From: Elusimicrobiota bacterium
GTDB lineage: Bacteria > Elusimicrobiota > UBA8919
Assembly: GCA_043802785.1 (NCBI GenBank)
Contig: JAZDKR010000010.1
Span: 1-60,035 of the forward strand
Direction of reading: 5' to 3'
DNA length: 60,035 nucleotides
Of the stretch, positions 57,335 to 60,035 are shown in pieces. The notes below the pieces were generated by a model. The model was not told the origin of the DNA and did not search any database. It worked only from the letters and a program-made list of their open reading frames with translations. Positions within the stretch are counted from its first letter, which is position 1; the number at the start of each line of letters is the position of its first letter. The position numbers and the translations under genes are program-made.

Positions 57335-58363
57335 TTATTCTAACCGTTTCCGTGCTTTTTTTATGTTTTCAAGTTCTTCTAAGTACTTGCCTGTTCCTAA
57401 AACGACGCAGGTGGTGGGGTCTTGTGCGAGATAAACAGGAAGATGGGTTTCTTTTGACAGCAAATCACACATACCGCGCATTAATGAACTGCCGCCAGCC
57501 ATAACTATTCCTCTGTCAACCAATTCTGCTGCAAGTTCAGCAGGGGTTCTTTCAAGAACACCTTTAACCATTTCAACAATTGCCTTAACCGGCACCATCA
57601 ACGCCTCTCTTATATCCTTGCTTGAAATATTTATCGTTCTCGGAAGGCCCTGAATTAAATCAAGTCCTTTCACATCCATCGTCTCCTCTTTTTGAAGAGG
57701 AAAAACGGATCCGATCGCGATTTTTATGTTTTCCGCCGTTCTATAACCGATTGCCAAATTGTGGTGCTTCTTAAAAAATGAAACAATCGCTTCGTCAAAC
57801 TCGTCACCAGCAATTTGGATTGAATCGGAAACAACCATTCCGCCCAAAGAAATCACCGCCGCCTCGGTGGTGCCGCCGCCGATGTCAATAACCATATTAC
57901 CTGTTGCCTCCTGGATAGGAAGACCAGCACCTATTGCTGCAGCCATCGGCTCTTCAATAAGATGAACCTCTCTCGCACCCGCCTGTTCCGCCGCCTCGCG
58001 AACAGCACGACGTTCAACTTCCGTAATCCCCGACGGAATACCAATTACAATTCTCGGATGAAGAAACGTTTTCCTGTTATGAACTTTTTTGATAAAATAC
58101 CGAATCATCTTTTCGGTAATGTCAAAATCGGCAATGACGCCGTTCCTTAATGGCCTGATGGCCTCAATTGATGCGGGTGTCTTGCCAACCATTTTTTTTG
58201 CATCTTCACCTATTGCCTCTATCTCTTTTGTGTCTTTGTTATATGCGACAACGGAGGGCTCTCTCAAAACAATGCCCTGTCCTTTTACATAGACGAGTGT
58301 CGTGGCTGTGCCAAGATCAATCCCCATATCATTTGAAAAAAACGAGAAAATAAAATCAAACAT
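57335..58363 (-). CDS. mreB: Rod shape-determining protein MreB
   Basis: [31 protein letters not shown] and AGGSSL motifs. Confidence 0.97.
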   Translation of the reverse strand: MFDFIFSFFSNDMGIDLGTATTLVYVKGQGIVLREPSVVAYNKDTKEIEAIGEDAKKMVGKTPASIEAIRPLRNGVIADFDITEKMIRYFIKKVHNRKTFLHPRIVIGIPSGITEVERRAVREAAEQAGAREVHLIEEPMAAAIGAGLPIQEATGNMVIDIGGGTTEAAVISLGGMVVSDSIQIAGDEFDEAIVSFFKKHHNLAIGYRTAENIKIAIGSVFPLQKEETMDVKGLDLIQGLPRTINISSKDIREALMVPVKAIVEMVKGVLERTPAELAAELVDRGIVMAGGSSLMRGMCDLLSKETHLPVYLAQDPTTCVVLGTGKYLEELENIKKARKRLE

Positions 58364-58371
58364 GATAACAT

Positions 58372-58452
58372 CAGAGATTAGAAAATTAGGAAATTGGGAA
58401 ATTGGGAAATAGCAAAACCCTAATCTCCTAATCTCTTAATCTCTTAATCTCC
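58372..58452. repeat. Convergent heptamer arrays (GGAAATT / TAATCTC)
   Basis: The element ends 8 nt before the mreB ATG. Confidence 0.75.
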
Positions 58453-58456
58453 GCCT

Positions 58457-58813
58457 TTATTCAACCAACTTCACAATCGCCATTTCGCTACCGTCGGAAA
58501 CACGGCGACCTAATTTATAAATACGGGTATATCCACCGGGACGATCTTTGTATCTTTCAGCCAAAGGACCGAATAATTTTGAAACAGCAGAATGAGATTT
58601 TATATCCCGTGTAACAAGTCGTCTGGCGGACAGCGCCAAACCACCTTTTTTCGCAGATGTTATAATTTTGGAAACAAACTTCACAAGTTCCTTTGCCTTG
58701 GCAAGAGTGGTCTTAACCGACTCGTTTTCTATAAGTGATGTCGACATATTTCTCAGCATCGCAAAACGGTGCTCAGATGTTTTGTTTAATTTCCTGTTTT
58801 TTTTGTTTTTCAT
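58457..58813 (-). CDS. rplQ: 50S ribosomal protein L17
   Basis: RKLNKTSEHRFAMLRNM, TTLAKAKEL and RYKDRPGGYTRI motifs; follows rpoA. Confidence 0.96.
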   Translation of the reverse strand: MKNKKNRKLNKTSEHRFAMLRNMSTSLIENESVKTTLAKAKELVKFVSKIITSAKKGGLALSARRLVTRDIKSHSAVSKLFGPLAERYKDRPGGYTRIYKLGRRVSDGSEMAIVKLVE

Positions 58814-58901
58814 TGTTTGCTCCGCAAACACGCGAATTTACGCGAATCAAACGCTAATATTCGCGAATATTCGCGTTGCCTTTTATTCGCGTGTATTCGC
58901 G

Positions 58902-59870
58902 TTACTCTTTCAATGACACTCCCAATTCCCTCAGTTTCATTTCTATTTCTTCAAGCGACTTTTTACCAAAATTTTTATATGCGAGAAGTTCATCCCTTGT
59001 TTTCATAGTCAACTCCCCTATTTTTTTTAACTTCGCTTGTTTCAAACAATTGGCTGCACGGATTGAAAGTTCTATAATTTCAACCGGCTGACTTAAAATA
59101 CCATCGGAAGGGCTACCGGATACATCGTCACTTGCTGTCACCGATTCTTCCGTAACCTTTGGTATTGTCTTTTCCTCCTCATCATAATTTATAAAAATTT
59201 TAACTGAATCGCTTAAAAGTTTCGCTGAAAAAACAACCGCATCTTCTGGATTTATCGAGCCATCAGTCCATACCTCAATAATAAGACGATCATAGTCGGT
59301 CGCCTGGCCAACGCGGGTTGCTTCAACCTCATAAAAAACCTTTTTAATTGGTGCAAAACCAGCATCAATAGGAATAGTGCCTGCGGGTTGACTCTGTTTT
59401 TTATTTTTCTCGGCAGGCGAATACCCTTTGCCCTTTGCAACATCAATTTCCAAATCTAGCGAACCGCCGGATTCAAGTGTAGCAATGACCAAATCAGAGT
59501 TAACAATTTCTATATTTGAGTTCGTTTCAAAAGATGACGCTTTAATCTCGCCGCTTTTTGAAACAGACAGTTTAAGCGTCTGTATTTCGTCGGCATACAT
59601 CTTGAATCTTACTTTTTTAAGATTAAGTATTATACCCATCACATCTTCAACAACACCCGGCAGTGTTGCAAACTCATGTGAAGCATTTTTTATACGGGTA
59701 GCAATGACGGCAGCACCTTCCAACGAGGACAAAAGTATGCGACGAAGCGAGTGCCCTATCGTGTGCCCGTAACCCTTCTCAAATGGCTCAACAACAAACT
59801 TTCCATATGTCAAGTCAGAAGAAATATTTTTTAAAATCTTCTGAGGTCCAACTATATCAGGAAGCCGCAT
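58902..59870 (-). CDS. rpoA: RNA polymerase alpha subunit
   Basis: EPFEKGYGHTIGHSLRRILLSS, RVGQATDYDRL and IELSIRAANCL...NFGKKSLEEI motifs. Start taken at MRLPD. Confidence 0.98.
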   Translation of the reverse strand: MRLPDIVGPQKILKNISSDLTYGKFVVEPFEKGYGHTIGHSLRRILLSSLEGAAVIATRIKNASHEFATLPGVVEDVMGIILNLKKVRFKMYADEIQTLKLSVSKSGEIKASSFETNSNIEIVNSDLVIATLESGGSLDLEIDVAKGKGYSPAEKNKKQSQPAGTIPIDAGFAPIKKVFYEVEATRVGQATDYDRLIIEVWTDGSINPEDAVVFSAKLLSDSVKIFINYDEEEKTIPKVTEESVTASDDVSGSPSDGILSQPVEIIELSIRAANCLKQAKLKKIGELTMKTRDELLAYKNFGKKSLEEIEMKLRELGVSLKE

Positions 59871-59889
59871 TTTATAAACCCCCACAAAG

Positions 59890-60035
59890 TCAGGATTAAG
59901 TTATAAGTTGTAAGGATTAAGAAGTCAGGATTAAGGATTAAGAAGTCAGGATTAAGTTATAAGTTGTAAGGATTAAGAAGTCAGGATTAAGGATTAAGAA
60001 GTCAGGATTAAGTTATAAGTTGTAAGGATTAAGTT
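59890..60035. repeat. Tandem array of 7-mer subunits (AGAAGTC-AGGATTA-AGTTATA-AGTTGTA), runs off the window
   Basis: Repeating 35/56-bp higher-order units, same family as 10765-11009. Confidence 0.88.

Overview
AT-rich bacterial chromosome segment, with most genes on the minus strand. The lineage is not determinable from sequence alone; an uncultured groundwater-type organism such as Elusimicrobiota is only a guess. Core genes: rpoA-rplQ, mreBCD-mrdA-rodA, two M16 peptidases, smpB-tmRNA, pabB/pabC, aroKB-pepP-efp-accBC, gmhA-rfaE2, thi genes, dprA-topA-xerC and rpsB-tsf-pyrH-frr-uppS-cdsA-dxr-rseP. Main unusual features: (1) the tmRNA T-loop is split by a 654-nt group I intron carrying a LAGLIDADG homing endonuclease, whose Shine-Dalgarno appears to lie in an intron stem; (2) several families of short palindromic REP-like and heptamer repeats fill the intergenic spaces, are nested in each other, end at fixed distances from start codons, and are inserted in-frame into about ten protein genes, four times in one radical SAM gene; (3) a PLD-helicase/type IIG methyltransferase defence-like island splits the thiamine genes; (4) a decayed island (HTH, broken large helicase-like gene, Zn-ribbon plus PD-(D/E)XK nuclease, IS481) lies downstream of tmRNA; (5) an orphan 5' half of tRNA-Arg sits next to the intact tRNA and an EcoRI-family methyltransferase. 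All calls are by eye; no searches or folding programs were run.
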